A DNA stretch of 64,000 nucleotides, from positions 23,591 through 87,590 of the forward strand of contig JALNLM010000007.1 in the NCBI GenBank assembly GCA_023254095.1. Direction: 5' to 3'. Within the stretch, counting starts at the first letter, position 1, and every line of letters starts with the position of its first letter. The translations under genes were made by a program, and so were the position numbers. Source of the DNA: Candidatus Geocrenenecus huangii (GTDB taxonomy: Archaea; Thermoproteota; Nitrososphaeria_A; Caldarchaeales; Wolframiiraptoraceae). Positions 29,718-39,468 of the stretch are shown one piece after another. The notes below the pieces were generated by a model. The model was not told the origin of the DNA, made no database searches, and was given only the letters and a program-made list of their open reading frames with translations.

Positions 29718-30692
29718 TTGAATATAGAATTATGTGGATATGCGTATTTCCCATCTGCATTATCTAGCATATTTTCCCCAAAACTAAAGCTTGGAGCAAT
29801 GAACGATAAGATACGATTAGATACAATAGGTGCTAGAGGTGGGGGATTTTCCCTCGTTAAGGGTTCAGAAACATGGGTAAGGATCCATCCTGATGGATCG
29901 GATAGAATAGAAGTAGTAGTAAACGAGAAGATCAAGGATTTCCCACCATCTATCGAGGCAGCTAAAGAAATGAGGAGAAGATATAATATAACAGGTAAAA
30001 TAGAGATTAGACATAGAATCGATGTACCTATTGGGTCAGGTTTCGGCACAAGCGCATCTTCAGCTGCGGGAGTGATACTTGCAATATCCACTATGCTGGG
30101 TAAAGGAGCTACTTTAACTGAAGTAATAAGAACAACACATGAAATCGAGTTGAGATGCAGGACTGGGTTGAATAGTGAAGTGGGGTTAATGACCGGAGGA
30201 TTGGTGCTTGTTCTCAGAGAAGGAGCGCCGCCTAGAAGTATAGTAGATAGTATCCCGCTGTCTTCAGAAGTTAAACTCGTCGCAATAGTATCAGGACCGA
30301 TAGAAACGCCTGACTCCCTATCAGAATTGTCAAGATTAGAAGAGGTTGAAAAACTGGGAGACAAATATCTATCCACAATACTAAAACATCCAACTGCTGA
30401 GAACTTCCTAAGATACGCTAGAGAATTTTCTTATGAGTCAGGCTTCGTAACAAGAAAAGTTCAGGAAATATTCGATGTAATTAGAAATCTTCCAGTTATA
30501 GGGTACGCTCAAAATATGCTGGGAGAGGCTGTCCACGCATTGGTGCGTGAAAAGCACTTGGATTTTGTTGTAAGAAGTCTGTCAGAGCATTTCCCTGACA
30601 TGCAACTGATTGTGTCAGATATAACATCGATCTACAACGTTTATTCAAAATCTATCGATTCTATAGAATTGGAACAACTACATTGGCGCTAG
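29718..30692 (+). CDS. GHMP kinase, probable pantoate kinase (PoK)
   Basis: PIGSGFGTSAS, GARGGG, E..CRTGL, REGAP, NMLGE. Confidence 0.78.
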   Translation: MNIELCGYAYFPSALSSIFSPKLKLGAMNDKIRLDTIGARGGGFSLVKGSETWVRIHPDGSDRIEVVVNEKIKDFPPSIEAAKEMRRRYNITGKIEIRHRIDVPIGSGFGTSASSAAGVILAISTMLGKGATLTEVIRTTHEIELRCRTGLNSEVGLMTGGLVLVLREGAPPRSIVDSIPLSSEVKLVAIVSGPIETPDSLSELSRLEEVEKLGDKYLSTILKHPTAENFLRYAREFSYESGFVTRKVQEIFDVIRNLPVIGYAQNMLGEAVHALVREKHLDFVVRSLSEHFPDMQLIVSDITSIYNVYSKSIDSIELEQLHWR

Positions 30693-30717
30693 ACATGGAG
30701 AAATAGAGGATCTCCGA

Positions 30718-31908
30718 CTAAGTTAAGTAAGCCTGCTTGGCAACCGCTAATTTATTGAAGAAGCTTATGAATTGCTTCTCCTTGCCGGAGGGTATCAACG
30801 CTGATGCGGCAAAACTATGGCCATCCCCTGACCCTTCTACCGCTTCTGCGGACTTCATCGTTAACTCTGACGCTGGAGGCATCTCTCCAGATTCAATCTT
30901 CTCACTTAATAGCTTAGGTGTTCTAACCGATACTTTAACCCAGCTTCCCTCGACTATTCCGAGGTCAGGTATAGTAGGCTCGAAATCCATGAAACCTATG
31001 AGGTATTTGTCTTGTGCCACGATGTTCCGGTAGCTCAGCATTGAACAGAATGTTCCAATAGTTTTAGTTCCGAATCCTTTTAACAGATCGTGGATGTGGA
31101 ACCACTGAGTTACGCCTTCAACTCTAAGCTTAGATCTAGAAAAAATGCTAAACAACTGGTTAAATTTTGTTCTCCTCTCCACTTCTAGTTTTTCTGCTTC
31201 CTCAAAATCTATCCTAGTAGACAGAAGCCCTCTAACCACCTTGTAGGGTCCTCCACGATAATAACCTATACTACCGATAGCCGTTAGAATGGAGGAAAGC
31301 TTGTTCCAAGGCTTGTTAAAGATTTTAATATTGTAAAATTCTTCACGTCCTTTCTTAATCTCTACATCACCGACCTCGAGCGAATCTTGTAGAGGTATCT
31401 GGTTTAGACCCTTCAATGGACCGGGTATCTCCGCTGAACCTACAACCGCCATCCATGCAGAATCTTTTATATCTGCAACTTCACGCATCAATAGGTATGT
31501 TGCGGTTGAACCGCTGACGTCCCTCTCACCACTGAAACCATATAACTCGGGGTTCAGGTTTACAACATTTGGGCTATCTATCCTCATCGGGTCATGGTGG
31601 TCAAGTATGATGTTTCTTGTTTTTCTTTCTTCACTCATTCTCGCGATAAGGTCTGCTTTCCCAGAACCAATATCTAGGAAAACATACAACCTACAATCTG
31701 TGGAGTATACGAGCCTCAGGATAGCTGGATGAATCTTCTCTATACATACCAGCTTATATTTTTTCCCTGTCTTGTTCAGGGTCGAGGCTGATATGCTCGC
31801 TGCACATAATCCATCAGCATCATTGTGGAAAACGAGTCCAACCACCCCATCATATTCTTTCAACTCCCTAGCAGTGTCCCTAATCAGCCTAAAGTACTCT
31901 CCACTCAT
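30718..31908 (-). CDS. DHH family phosphoesterase (RecJ-like)
   Basis: HNDADG, LDIGS, LDHH, GDGHSFAA; start at 31908 preferred over 31974. Confidence 0.82.
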   Translation of the reverse strand: MSGEYFRLIRDTARELKEYDGVVGLVFHNDADGLCAASISASTLNKTGKKYKLVCIEKIHPAILRLVYSTDCRLYVFLDIGSGKADLIARMSEERKTRNIILDHHDPMRIDSPNVVNLNPELYGFSGERDVSGSTATYLLMREVADIKDSAWMAVVGSAEIPGPLKGLNQIPLQDSLEVGDVEIKKGREEFYNIKIFNKPWNKLSSILTAIGSIGYYRGGPYKVVRGLLSTRIDFEEAEKLEVERRTKFNQLFSIFSRSKLRVEGVTQWFHIHDLLKGFGTKTIGTFCSMLSYRNIVAQDKYLIGFMDFEPTIPDLGIVEGSWVKVSVRTPKLLSEKIESGEMPPASELTMKSAEAVEGSGDGHSFAASALIPSGKEKQFISFFNKLAVAKQAYLT

Positions 31909-32112
31909 CTTCAAGATATCAATAGATAAAGAGATTAATAACCGATCACTTGCTCCACCAGGAATAAAAACCATGCAAGCCCCCTCTAAGCATATACTAA
32001 TTTCGTCGAAATAATCTGTAGACTAGAGATAATTGATTATAGCGTTATGTTCAAAGTGTGGAAGGCTCCTTGATGATCGAGACAGAACTTGACCTATACT
32101 GCAAATGTATAT

Positions 32113-32571
32113 CTATCCATACATAGGTAGTTGACGAGTAGCAGCACGTACGAACTCGTTTACTATCTCGACCTTCTCCAGGAGAGCTCTAGCAAGGTCA
32201 GATATCGTTACTATCCCTACCAGTACGTTATTCTCTATAACTGCCAGCCTCCTTATCTTTTTCTCAGCCATAGTCTTCAATGCATCTTCAACGCTAGTAT
32301 CAGGTTCTACGGCTATAATAGGTCTAGACATTATTTCCGTTGCTCTAGTTTTTAGAGGGTCAAGACCGCTGGCTACAACTCTTCTAACGATATCTCTCTC
32401 CGTAATTATTCCAACCACCTTACCATCTCTTTCAACAAAACATGCTCCAACCCCTCTCACCATCATCTTATCAGATACGTGAACGATGTTTTCATCTTCA
32501 TCTACGGTTAAGGGATTGGTGGACATAAACCTCCTAACAGTAAACTCTACCTCTGAATCTTCATTACTCAT
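32113..32571 (-). CDS. CBS domain protein
   Basis: VGIITERDIV and IRRLAV..LVGIVT repeats. Confidence 0.9.
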   Translation of the reverse strand: MSNEDSEVEFTVRRFMSTNPLTVDEDENIVHVSDKMMVRGVGACFVERDGKVVGIITERDIVRRVVASGLDPLKTRATEIMSRPIIAVEPDTSVEDALKTMAEKKIRRLAVIENNVLVGIVTISDLARALLEKVEIVNEFVRAATRQLPMYG

Positions 32572-32646
32572 ACCACTTATTGAAGGGGGAACCTCTTTTT
32601 AAACTATTTATTCTACAAGATAAGAAAGTTATATTGAGAGACGATC

Positions 32647-33432
32647 ATGATCAGCCAGATCCAGCCTGGAACGCTCTTTCTCTTATTCTTCATATTGATA
32701 TTCCTAATAATCATCTTATCATCATCTATAAAGATCGTGACAGAATATGAGAGAGTAGTCATTTTTAGGGTTGGGAGACTGAAAGGTGCGAAGGGGCCTG
32801 GAATAGTGGTGATACTTCCAATAATAGATAGGAGGAGGGTGATCGACTTAAGACTACTTACAATGGATGTACCCAAGCAAAGGATTATAACAAAAGATAA
32901 TGTCACCGTCGATGTTGACGCAGTCGTGTATTTTAGAGTGAGTGACCCTATCGCTGCAGCGATTAAGGTAAAAGATTACGTTATGGCTTCCAGTCTACTA
33001 GCCCAAACAACTCTTAGAGACGTGATAGGTCAAGTTGAATTGGATGAACTGTTGAGCAAGAGAGAAGAACTAAGCAAAAAAGTACAATCTATTCTCGATG
33101 AATTAACTGAAGCTTGGGGAGTGAAGGTTACCGCTGTGGCGATAAGAGACGTAATTATACCTGAGGCCATGCAAAGGGCTATGGCTAAACAAGCTGAAGC
33201 TGAAAGAGAAAGGAGAAGCAGAGTGATAATGGCTGAAGGCGAGCTTGAAGCAGCTAAGAAGATGGCTGAGGCTGCTGAATACTATGCTAAGAGCCCTATA
33301 GCCTTAAGGTTAAGAGAACTTCAGACTTGGAGTGAGATAGCTAGAGAGAAGAACATGATCGTCGTTACTGAGAGTTCTTCTCCACAGCTTGGCACACTCT
33401 TAGGAGTAGTGAAAAGTGAAAAGAAAGGATGA
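32647..33432 (+). CDS. Stomatin-like SPFH protein (slipin)
   Basis: N-terminal TM; EYERVVIFRVGR, ITKDNV, QTTLR, QAEAERERR. Confidence 0.94.
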   Translation: MISQIQPGTLFLLFFILIFLIIILSSSIKIVTEYERVVIFRVGRLKGAKGPGIVVILPIIDRRRVIDLRLLTMDVPKQRIITKDNVTVDVDAVVYFRVSDPIAAAIKVKDYVMASSLLAQTTLRDVIGQVELDELLSKREELSKKVQSILDELTEAWGVKVTAVAIRDVIIPEAMQRAMAKQAEAERERRSRVIMAEGELEAAKKMAEAAEYYAKSPIALRLRELQTWSEIAREKNMIVVTESSSPQLGTLLGVVKSEKKG

Positions 33433-34730
33433 ACAAGACCTACTGCTTAATCCTGCTTACATTATCTTCCCTACTTTTAGTGTCAAACTCTCTAAGTGTA
33501 GAGAGCGAGCAGGTTAAGGTAGCCTGGCTAAAGATTGAGGGATATGTTTCTCCAGCAACTGTAGAATATGTTAAGATGACCTTAGAAGATGGCGCTCGAG
33601 GTTACGACATCTTCTTAATAACTCTCGATACGTTGGGCGGAGAAGCGGAATCTACGTTAGAGGTCATCAAGTTGATCCAGGCATCTGAGAAACTCGTCAT
33701 CTGCATGGTGTATCCTGAAGGTGCGGAGGCAATGTCTGCTGGAACATACATATTGATGGCATGTAGAATAGCGGGTATGGCCCCCTACACTCACATCGGT
33801 GCATGTCAACCTGTTGTCGGAGGCGTACCAAGCAACGATAGTAAGCTTATCAATTTCTTGTCTGAGAAGATCTCCTCTTTAGCGAGAATGAATAATAGAA
33901 ATGAATCGGTTGCAAGACTGTTCGTAACTCAGAACCTGGTATTAGGACCTGAAGAAGCATTGAAGAATAACGTGATTGAGGTCATAGCTAGAAATCCCAA
34001 AGAATTCTTGGAGAAAATAGATGGTTGGGAGATAGTTATCAGAGATAGAGTATTCAAATTTAGTACGAAGGATAGCCTACTCGTGGAGGTCGATAAACCA
34101 TTAAGAGTGTATTTTATGGAAGCTTTCTCGAATCCGCTCATCTCATCTATCCTTCTCGCAGCAGGCATAATGACTCTGATACTCGGCTTCGCATCACCAG
34201 GTTGGGGAGCCGAAGTAGCAGGAGGGGTACTCATACTATTAGGTTTAATAGGTCAAGGATTTGATGTAAACTTGATAGGCTTACTATTAGTGGGTATAGG
34301 TGGAGCACTACTAGTGTATGAAGTCTTCTCACACACTTTCGGAGCAGCTGCTGTTGGAGGAATAATCTCTCTAAGCATAGGCATAGTTTTAATGGCTGGT
34401 TTTCCACCTAGAGAACAATTCGTTTCACAACTATGGTTTAACGAACTTATACCAACCGTAGCGATAGTTATGCTCCTTATCTCCGTCTTCTTCGGTTTCC
34501 TGATCTATAAAGCTGTACAAGCGGTACGGAGTAAACCATACTTGAGGGAAATACCAGATGAATATGGTAGAGCCGTAGACTTGCTTACACCGGGGATCGA
34601 GGGATACGTTAGAATTGGTGGAGAACTTTGGAAGGCGATCTCTGAAAAAGAAGTAAAGCCAGGTGGGAGAGTAAGAATAATCGGAAAGACCGACGATATA
34701 CTAAGAGTTGAGCCAGTAGAAGAGAAATGA
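33429..34730 (+). CDS. nfeD: Long-form NfeD membrane protease
   Basis: LDTLGG, AMSAGTYI (catalytic Ser), TM region, C-terminal G.VRIGGELWKA OB fold. Confidence 0.88.
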   Translation: MNKTYCLILLTLSSLLLVSNSLSVESEQVKVAWLKIEGYVSPATVEYVKMTLEDGARGYDIFLITLDTLGGEAESTLEVIKLIQASEKLVICMVYPEGAEAMSAGTYILMACRIAGMAPYTHIGACQPVVGGVPSNDSKLINFLSEKISSLARMNNRNESVARLFVTQNLVLGPEEALKNNVIEVIARNPKEFLEKIDGWEIVIRDRVFKFSTKDSLLVEVDKPLRVYFMEAFSNPLISSILLAAGIMTLILGFASPGWGAEVAGGVLILLGLIGQGFDVNLIGLLLVGIGGALLVYEVFSHTFGAAAVGGIISLSIGIVLMAGFPPREQFVSQLWFNELIPTVAIVMLLISVFFGFLIYKAVQAVRSKPYLREIPDEYGRAVDLLTPGIEGYVRIGGELWKAISEKEVKPGGRVRIIGKTDDILRVEPVEEK

Positions 34731-35416
34731 AGATAGTGGATGAATATTCTCTCAGAGAGAAGATAAGGGTCTTCAAGGATAGAGTAGAAGCAGCTGAAAG
34801 GCTTGCCGAGAAGCTATCAGAATACAAAGATGCAGGAGACACTGTTGTCCTAGCTATACCGTCCGGTGGTGTTCCTGTAGGATTAACCCTAGCTAGAAAG
34901 CTCAACTTAGATTTTAATCTAGTAATGGTTAGGAAGATTCATCTTCCATGGAATCAGGAAGTAGGCCTTGGGGCAGTAAGCTGGGATGGCACGTACCTCC
35001 TAAACAATGAACTAGTAGAGTTGATGGAGCTCTCACCGAGTGTTGTCTCTAAGTGCATTTCTAACGAGCTTAACGAGATAAAGCTAAGAATGGTTGAGTG
35101 GGGCCTAGAAGGATACAACCTAAATGTTAAAGATATTAACGTAATAATCACGGACGATGGATTAGCATCTGGATATACGATGGCTGTCGCAGTGGATGTA
35201 GTGAAGAAGAGAAGATGTAGACAATTGATAGTAGCTGTTCCAACGGGGTCGACCGAAGCGTTGAGAAAAATCTATGATAAAGTAGACCGGGTAATCTGCC
35301 TAAACGTGAGGTCAAGTAGGATCTTCGCTGTGGCCGACGCTTACGTTGAGTGGAGAGATATAACAAGTACAGAGGTTCGGAAACTACTAGAAGAATACAG
35401 ATTATCAAGAAGATAA
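34727..35416 (+). CDS. Phosphoribosyltransferase
   Basis: IITDDGLASG PRPP-binding loop; LAIPSGGVPVG. Confidence 0.85.
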   Translation: MKIVDEYSLREKIRVFKDRVEAAERLAEKLSEYKDAGDTVVLAIPSGGVPVGLTLARKLNLDFNLVMVRKIHLPWNQEVGLGAVSWDGTYLLNNELVELMELSPSVVSKCISNELNEIKLRMVEWGLEGYNLNVKDINVIITDDGLASGYTMAVAVDVVKKRRCRQLIVAVPTGSTEALRKIYDKVDRVICLNVRSSRIFAVADAYVEWRDITSTEVRKLLEEYRLSRR

Positions 35417-35459
35417 GATAATTAATATATTAGCTGGAAGCCTACTAGTTCTTGATACT

Positions 35460-36290
35460 GTGATGGAGTATAGGAGATTAGGTAAGACGGAAGTGTACTT
35501 GCCTGTAATCGGTTTCGGAACGTGGGAGATAGGTGGAAGATTTACTCCAGACTATTCAGTAGACAGGCAAGCAATAGAAATAATTAGGCTCGCGATCAAC
35601 ATGGGTATAACATTTATAGATACCGCAGAGGTCTACGGTGGAGGCCACACCGAGGAGATAGTTGGAGATGCCATCAGAGAATTTGATAGGGAAAAGCTAT
35701 TCATAGCTACCAAGGTGTGGATATCTAATCTTAGATATCAGGATGTCTTAAAAGCTATGGAGGGTAGCTTGAAGAGACTGAATCTAGATTACGTCGACCT
35801 CTACCAAGTTCATTGGCCGAACCCAGGTATACCTTTAAGAGATACTATGAGGGCTATGGAGAGGCTCTTCCTAGATGGGAAGACAAGATACATAGGTGTA
35901 AGTAATTTTAATGTAAGAGATCTTGAAGAAGCAATGTCCTACCTCTCGCATACAGAGATAGTGTCAAACCAAGTCTTATATAATATCATCGATAAAGGAA
36001 TAGAAGAGTATGTACTGCCTTTCTGTAGGAAGAATAACATTACCGTCATCGCTTACAGACCTTTATCGAAGGGTCAAATAGCTCAGGAACCCTACAAGAG
36101 CAGGCTAGAAAAGATTGGTAAAAAATATGGTAAGACTGCGGTACAAGTAGCTATCAATTGGGTTCTTAGACACGATAACGTGGTGGCGATACCTAGAACC
36201 ATGAACCCAAAGCACCTCGAAGAAATATTAGGTTCAATTGGGTGGATAATGAGTGAGGAAGATTATGAGGAAGTATCAAGATTGGTCTAA
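35460..36290 (+). CDS. Aldo/keto reductase
   Basis: GFGTW, DTAEVYG, DLYQVHWP, IGVSNF. Confidence 0.92.
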   Translation: MMEYRRLGKTEVYLPVIGFGTWEIGGRFTPDYSVDRQAIEIIRLAINMGITFIDTAEVYGGGHTEEIVGDAIREFDREKLFIATKVWISNLRYQDVLKAMEGSLKRLNLDYVDLYQVHWPNPGIPLRDTMRAMERLFLDGKTRYIGVSNFNVRDLEEAMSYLSHTEIVSNQVLYNIIDKGIEEYVLPFCRKNNITVIAYRPLSKGQIAQEPYKSRLEKIGKKYGKTAVQVAINWVLRHDNVVAIPRTMNPKHLEEILGSIGWIMSEEDYEEVSRLV

Positions 36291-36291
36291 A

Positions 36292-36342
36292 GATCAGATT
36301 GCCGATTACTCATCGTTTATCAGAGATTAAACTCATTACGCA
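36292..36342 (-). ncRNA. Candidate C/D box sRNA
   Basis: Minus strand GTAATGA-gtttaatct-CTGA-taa-ACGATGA-gtaatcggcaat-CTGA. Confidence 0.55.
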
Positions 36343-36405
36343 TATGAGATTCAATACGTTATTTCAAACTCACTAAAGAGAAGATGAGTTGTAGATTTTT
36401 AACGG

Positions 36406-36464
36406 AGGCTTCAGAGCTTTTGACCTTCATCATTAGATCTGGCAGCCAGGATTCATCATCGCCC
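36406..36464 (-). ncRNA. C/D box guide sRNA
   Basis: Minus strand gggcg-ATGATGA-atcctggctgc-CAGA-tcta-ATGATGA-aggtcaaaagct-CTGA-agcct; perfect C, C' and D boxes, 11-12 nt guides, short terminal stem. Confidence 0.88.
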
Positions 36465-36520
36465 TAGACAAAAATAGAACATTCAGCTAATAACTATTTA
36501 CGCTTAATCCCTTTTTTCGC

Positions 36521-36580
36521 TTAGTGATGATTCACTATAACGTAAGATGTCATGAGGCTTTACGTATATTTCTCTGATTA
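36521..36580 (+). ncRNA. Weak candidate C/D box sRNA
   Basis: GTGATGA at 36524-36530 and CTGA at 36574-36577, 54 nt span; internal D'/C' boxes (AAGA, GTCATGA) are degenerate. Confidence 0.3.
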
Positions 36581-36589
36581 TCCCTCCAT

Positions 36590-37633
36590 CTAGGGAGCTA
36601 ACACTATTTTTAATCCTTCTGCTTTAAGAGTTCTCGAGAACGCTTCTAACCCATTCTTCAAACTATATCTATGAGTTATCAACGGCTTAACATCCACGAG
36701 ACCTGAAACCATAAGATCTAGTGTCTTCTTAAACTCTAAAGGCGTTTGCATAGATGTTCCCAGAATCGTTATCTGCTTATAATGAATAATGTTAGTGTCT
36801 ATTGGTACCTCGCCAGAGCCAGGTGGGAGACCTGCGAAGAAGTTTATCCTTCCACCTTTACGGATTATTCTTAAAGCATCTTTCTGCGCATGCGGAGACC
36901 CCACGGCGACTACTACTACATCTGCACCCCTGCCATCTGTTAAGTCAAGTATAGATTTCTCAATGTCTTCTTTTAGCGGATTTACTACGTATTCTACACC
37001 AAGTCTTCTAGCTATTTCTATTCTTTTTTCATCTACTTCGCTGAGGATAATCATCGAGGCGCCGAGTGCTTTAGCCAGCATGTAGTGCATTAACCCTATT
37101 GGTCCAGCGCCTATTACTATTATATTGTCTCCTGGACGTATGTTGAGTTTCAGCTGTCCTCTTAAACAAGCTGCTAGAGGTTCAGTCAATGATGCTTCTT
37201 CGTAGCTTAGACGTTTCGGTATCTCTAGTATCCCTCCTACTCGGAAAGCTTGACCAGGTATCTCAACATATTCAGCAAATGATCCATCAACATCTACACC
37301 TATCGCATATCTATTGGGGCATAGTACGTGTTCTCCCGAGAGACAGTACTCACATGTGCCGTCGAATATGTTTGGATTCACCACAACACGTTTACCTGCA
37401 AAATCCTTTAGGGGGCCGCTTGCTTCTACAATGTCTCCAGCGAATTCGTGTCCCAATATGATGGGGACCTTAGTCCTCGCCCCCGTCAAATATGCTTTAG
37501 CATCCGTTGCACATATACTTGTAGCTTTAACTTTGAGAATTGCATTTGAATCCTTTAACGTGGGTTCAGGGACATCTTCCAATCTTAGGTCTTCTTTACC
37601 ATATAATCTTAAAGCTAACATTTTCTGACTCAA
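36590..37633 (-). CDS. Zn-dependent polyol/sugar alcohol dehydrogenase (MDR family)
   Basis: ICATD, LGHEFAG, DGTCEYC..C, EPLAAC, GAGPIG. Confidence 0.88.
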   Translation of the reverse strand: MSQKMLALRLYGKEDLRLEDVPEPTLKDSNAILKVKATSICATDAKAYLTGARTKVPIILGHEFAGDIVEASGPLKDFAGKRVVVNPNIFDGTCEYCLSGEHVLCPNRYAIGVDVDGSFAEYVEIPGQAFRVGGILEIPKRLSYEEASLTEPLAACLRGQLKLNIRPGDNIIVIGAGPIGLMHYMLAKALGASMIILSEVDEKRIEIARRLGVEYVVNPLKEDIEKSILDLTDGRGADVVVVAVGSPHAQKDALRIIRKGGRINFFAGLPPGSGEVPIDTNIIHYKQITILGTSMQTPLEFKKTLDLMVSGLVDVKPLITHRYSLKNGLEAFSRTLKAEGLKIVLAP

Positions 37634-37740
37634 TAATATTTATCGAGACAACTTTATTTAACTGTTGAGCGAATCACGATAATACGAGTAGTTTGCGGAA
37701 AAGGCTGTAATTGTATGCTCTTCCCTAAATATCTGAATGC

Positions 37741-39108
37741 TCACTCTAGAGATTTAACAGTCTCAACGATCAGTCTTTTCCCATATTCAACTATTTCTTT
37801 TAATCTCTTTTCGGTTACCGCTTCTGCAGACATCTTTATCTGAGGCATAGTGTTAGAAGGTCTAATTAGTATCCATCCATCTTTAAAGTATGCTTTTACA
37901 CCATCTAGTCTGCTTATCTCCAATCCTTCACTCGAAAGTCTTTCAGCGATCCTGTCAACTACTATCTTCTTTATCTCGTCGGGGCAGTCGAACACCATTA
38001 TAGGTGTGGATGGATAGACTGGTATATTCTCAACTATTTCTGAAAGCTTCTTCCCGGTCTTGGATAGTATTTCCAGCATTTTTAGGGTAGCGTAGACCGC
38101 GTCGTCAAACCCCCATAGCTCTGAGAAATATAGATGGTTACTTTTCTCTCCACCTATTACTGCTCCAAGCCGCCTAACTTCTCTCAATATGTATGCTCTT
38201 CCAACTCTAGATTCTACTGGCTCGCATCCACTTTCAATTATGATTTGCCGGAGAGCTGAGCTGCTATTTAAGTCGTAGACCACCTTCCCCCTCTTCTCTA
38301 AGTGTTTAACATAGACTGATAAGACTATGTCTCCAGGCAGTATTCTCCCCCTATCATCTATGAATACAGCTCTATCGCCATCACCGTCAAACCCAACGCC
38401 AAAGTCGACGTCATTCTTTCTTACAAGTTCTTGTAAATCTTTCAATGTTTCCTCCGTTGGTTCAGGAAGGTGACCAGGAAACAAACCGTTAGGTTCATCG
38501 TTTAACCCGATGACTTCTACGTCCAGTAGCCGTGCAATATTTGGGAAAACCATGGTTGTGGCCCCATTCGAGTAGTCTACAGCTATCCTCATCTTCTTCT
38601 CTACCTTTATCTTTGAGAGTATGAATTCAAGGTATTCTGGGATCAGATTTCTACTTACTTCGGTTCCCTGCTTATCCGAAGTAGTCCACTTGCGTTCTAA
38701 AACAATCTTTCTTAATTCTTCCATCCCTGCCCCTTCAGATATAGTATCACCATTAGAGGTAACTAGCTTCATTCCATTCCACTCTGGGGGATTGTGGCTT
38801 GCGGTAATCTGTACCCCACCGTGAAGCCTCCACCAAATTACTCCAAAGTAACTTACAGGCGTTGGGACTATCCCGACCTTCACTACGTCACATCCACCTT
38901 CCATCAACCCTATTGAGACACTTTTCATAAGATTCTCTCCACTTAATCGAACATCACGGCTGAGCAGGATCTCTCCAGAGTTTCCAAGCATTGTTGCATA
39001 TGATAACGCTATGACTTTAGCTATCTCGTCTGTTATGTCTTTCCCATACACTCCTCTAATATCGTATGCTCTAAAGATGTGTGATGGGAAAGAGCCTATA
39101 TTACTCAA
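37741..39108 (-). CDS. Phosphomannomutase/phosphoglucomutase
   Basis: IFRAYDIRG, TASHNP, FDGDGDR, GEKSNH. Confidence 0.92.
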   Translation of the reverse strand: MSNIGSFPSHIFRAYDIRGVYGKDITDEIAKVIALSYATMLGNSGEILLSRDVRLSGENLMKSVSIGLMEGGCDVVKVGIVPTPVSYFGVIWWRLHGGVQITASHNPPEWNGMKLVTSNGDTISEGAGMEELRKIVLERKWTTSDKQGTEVSRNLIPEYLEFILSKIKVEKKMRIAVDYSNGATTMVFPNIARLLDVEVIGLNDEPNGLFPGHLPEPTEETLKDLQELVRKNDVDFGVGFDGDGDRAVFIDDRGRILPGDIVLSVYVKHLEKRGKVVYDLNSSSALRQIIIESGCEPVESRVGRAYILREVRRLGAVIGGEKSNHLYFSELWGFDDAVYATLKMLEILSKTGKKLSEIVENIPVYPSTPIMVFDCPDEIKKIVVDRIAERLSSEGLEISRLDGVKAYFKDGWILIRPSNTMPQIKMSAEAVTEKRLKEIVEYGKRLIVETVKSLE

Positions 39109-39256
39109 TTACCAACCCCACCAAATAGCTGGAGGTAAGCAAGTAATATAGATAGCCTCTAAGCATATATATGTATTACCCTAAAAATTAGAAGTCTATT
39201 ATTCACCTGAAAAACTAAATTAGTCGTATTTCGAGAATATTATTAAGTGATTGAGG

Positions 39257-39433
39257 ATGGCGAGAGAAAGAATAATAGTTGAATCAAAGGTTAGAGAATT
39301 GTTACCAGAAGGAATAAGATTATCTTCTGACGCTCTCGACGGACTGGACTCCGTAGTTAAAGAGATCGTAAAGAAAGCTGTCCAAAGATGCCAAGCAAAT
39401 GGAAGAAAAACAATAATAAAAGAAGACTTCTAA
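39257..39433 (+). CDS. Short histone-fold protein, face-to-face/atypical type
   Basis: 58 aa; IVESKVRE, RLSSDA, A..R...NGRKTI...DF. Confidence 0.8.
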   Translation: MARERIIVESKVRELLPEGIRLSSDALDGLDSVVKEIVKKAVQRCQANGRKTIIKEDF

Positions 39434-39468
39434 AAATCTTCTAAAACATTCTTCCTATTTCTTTTTCT

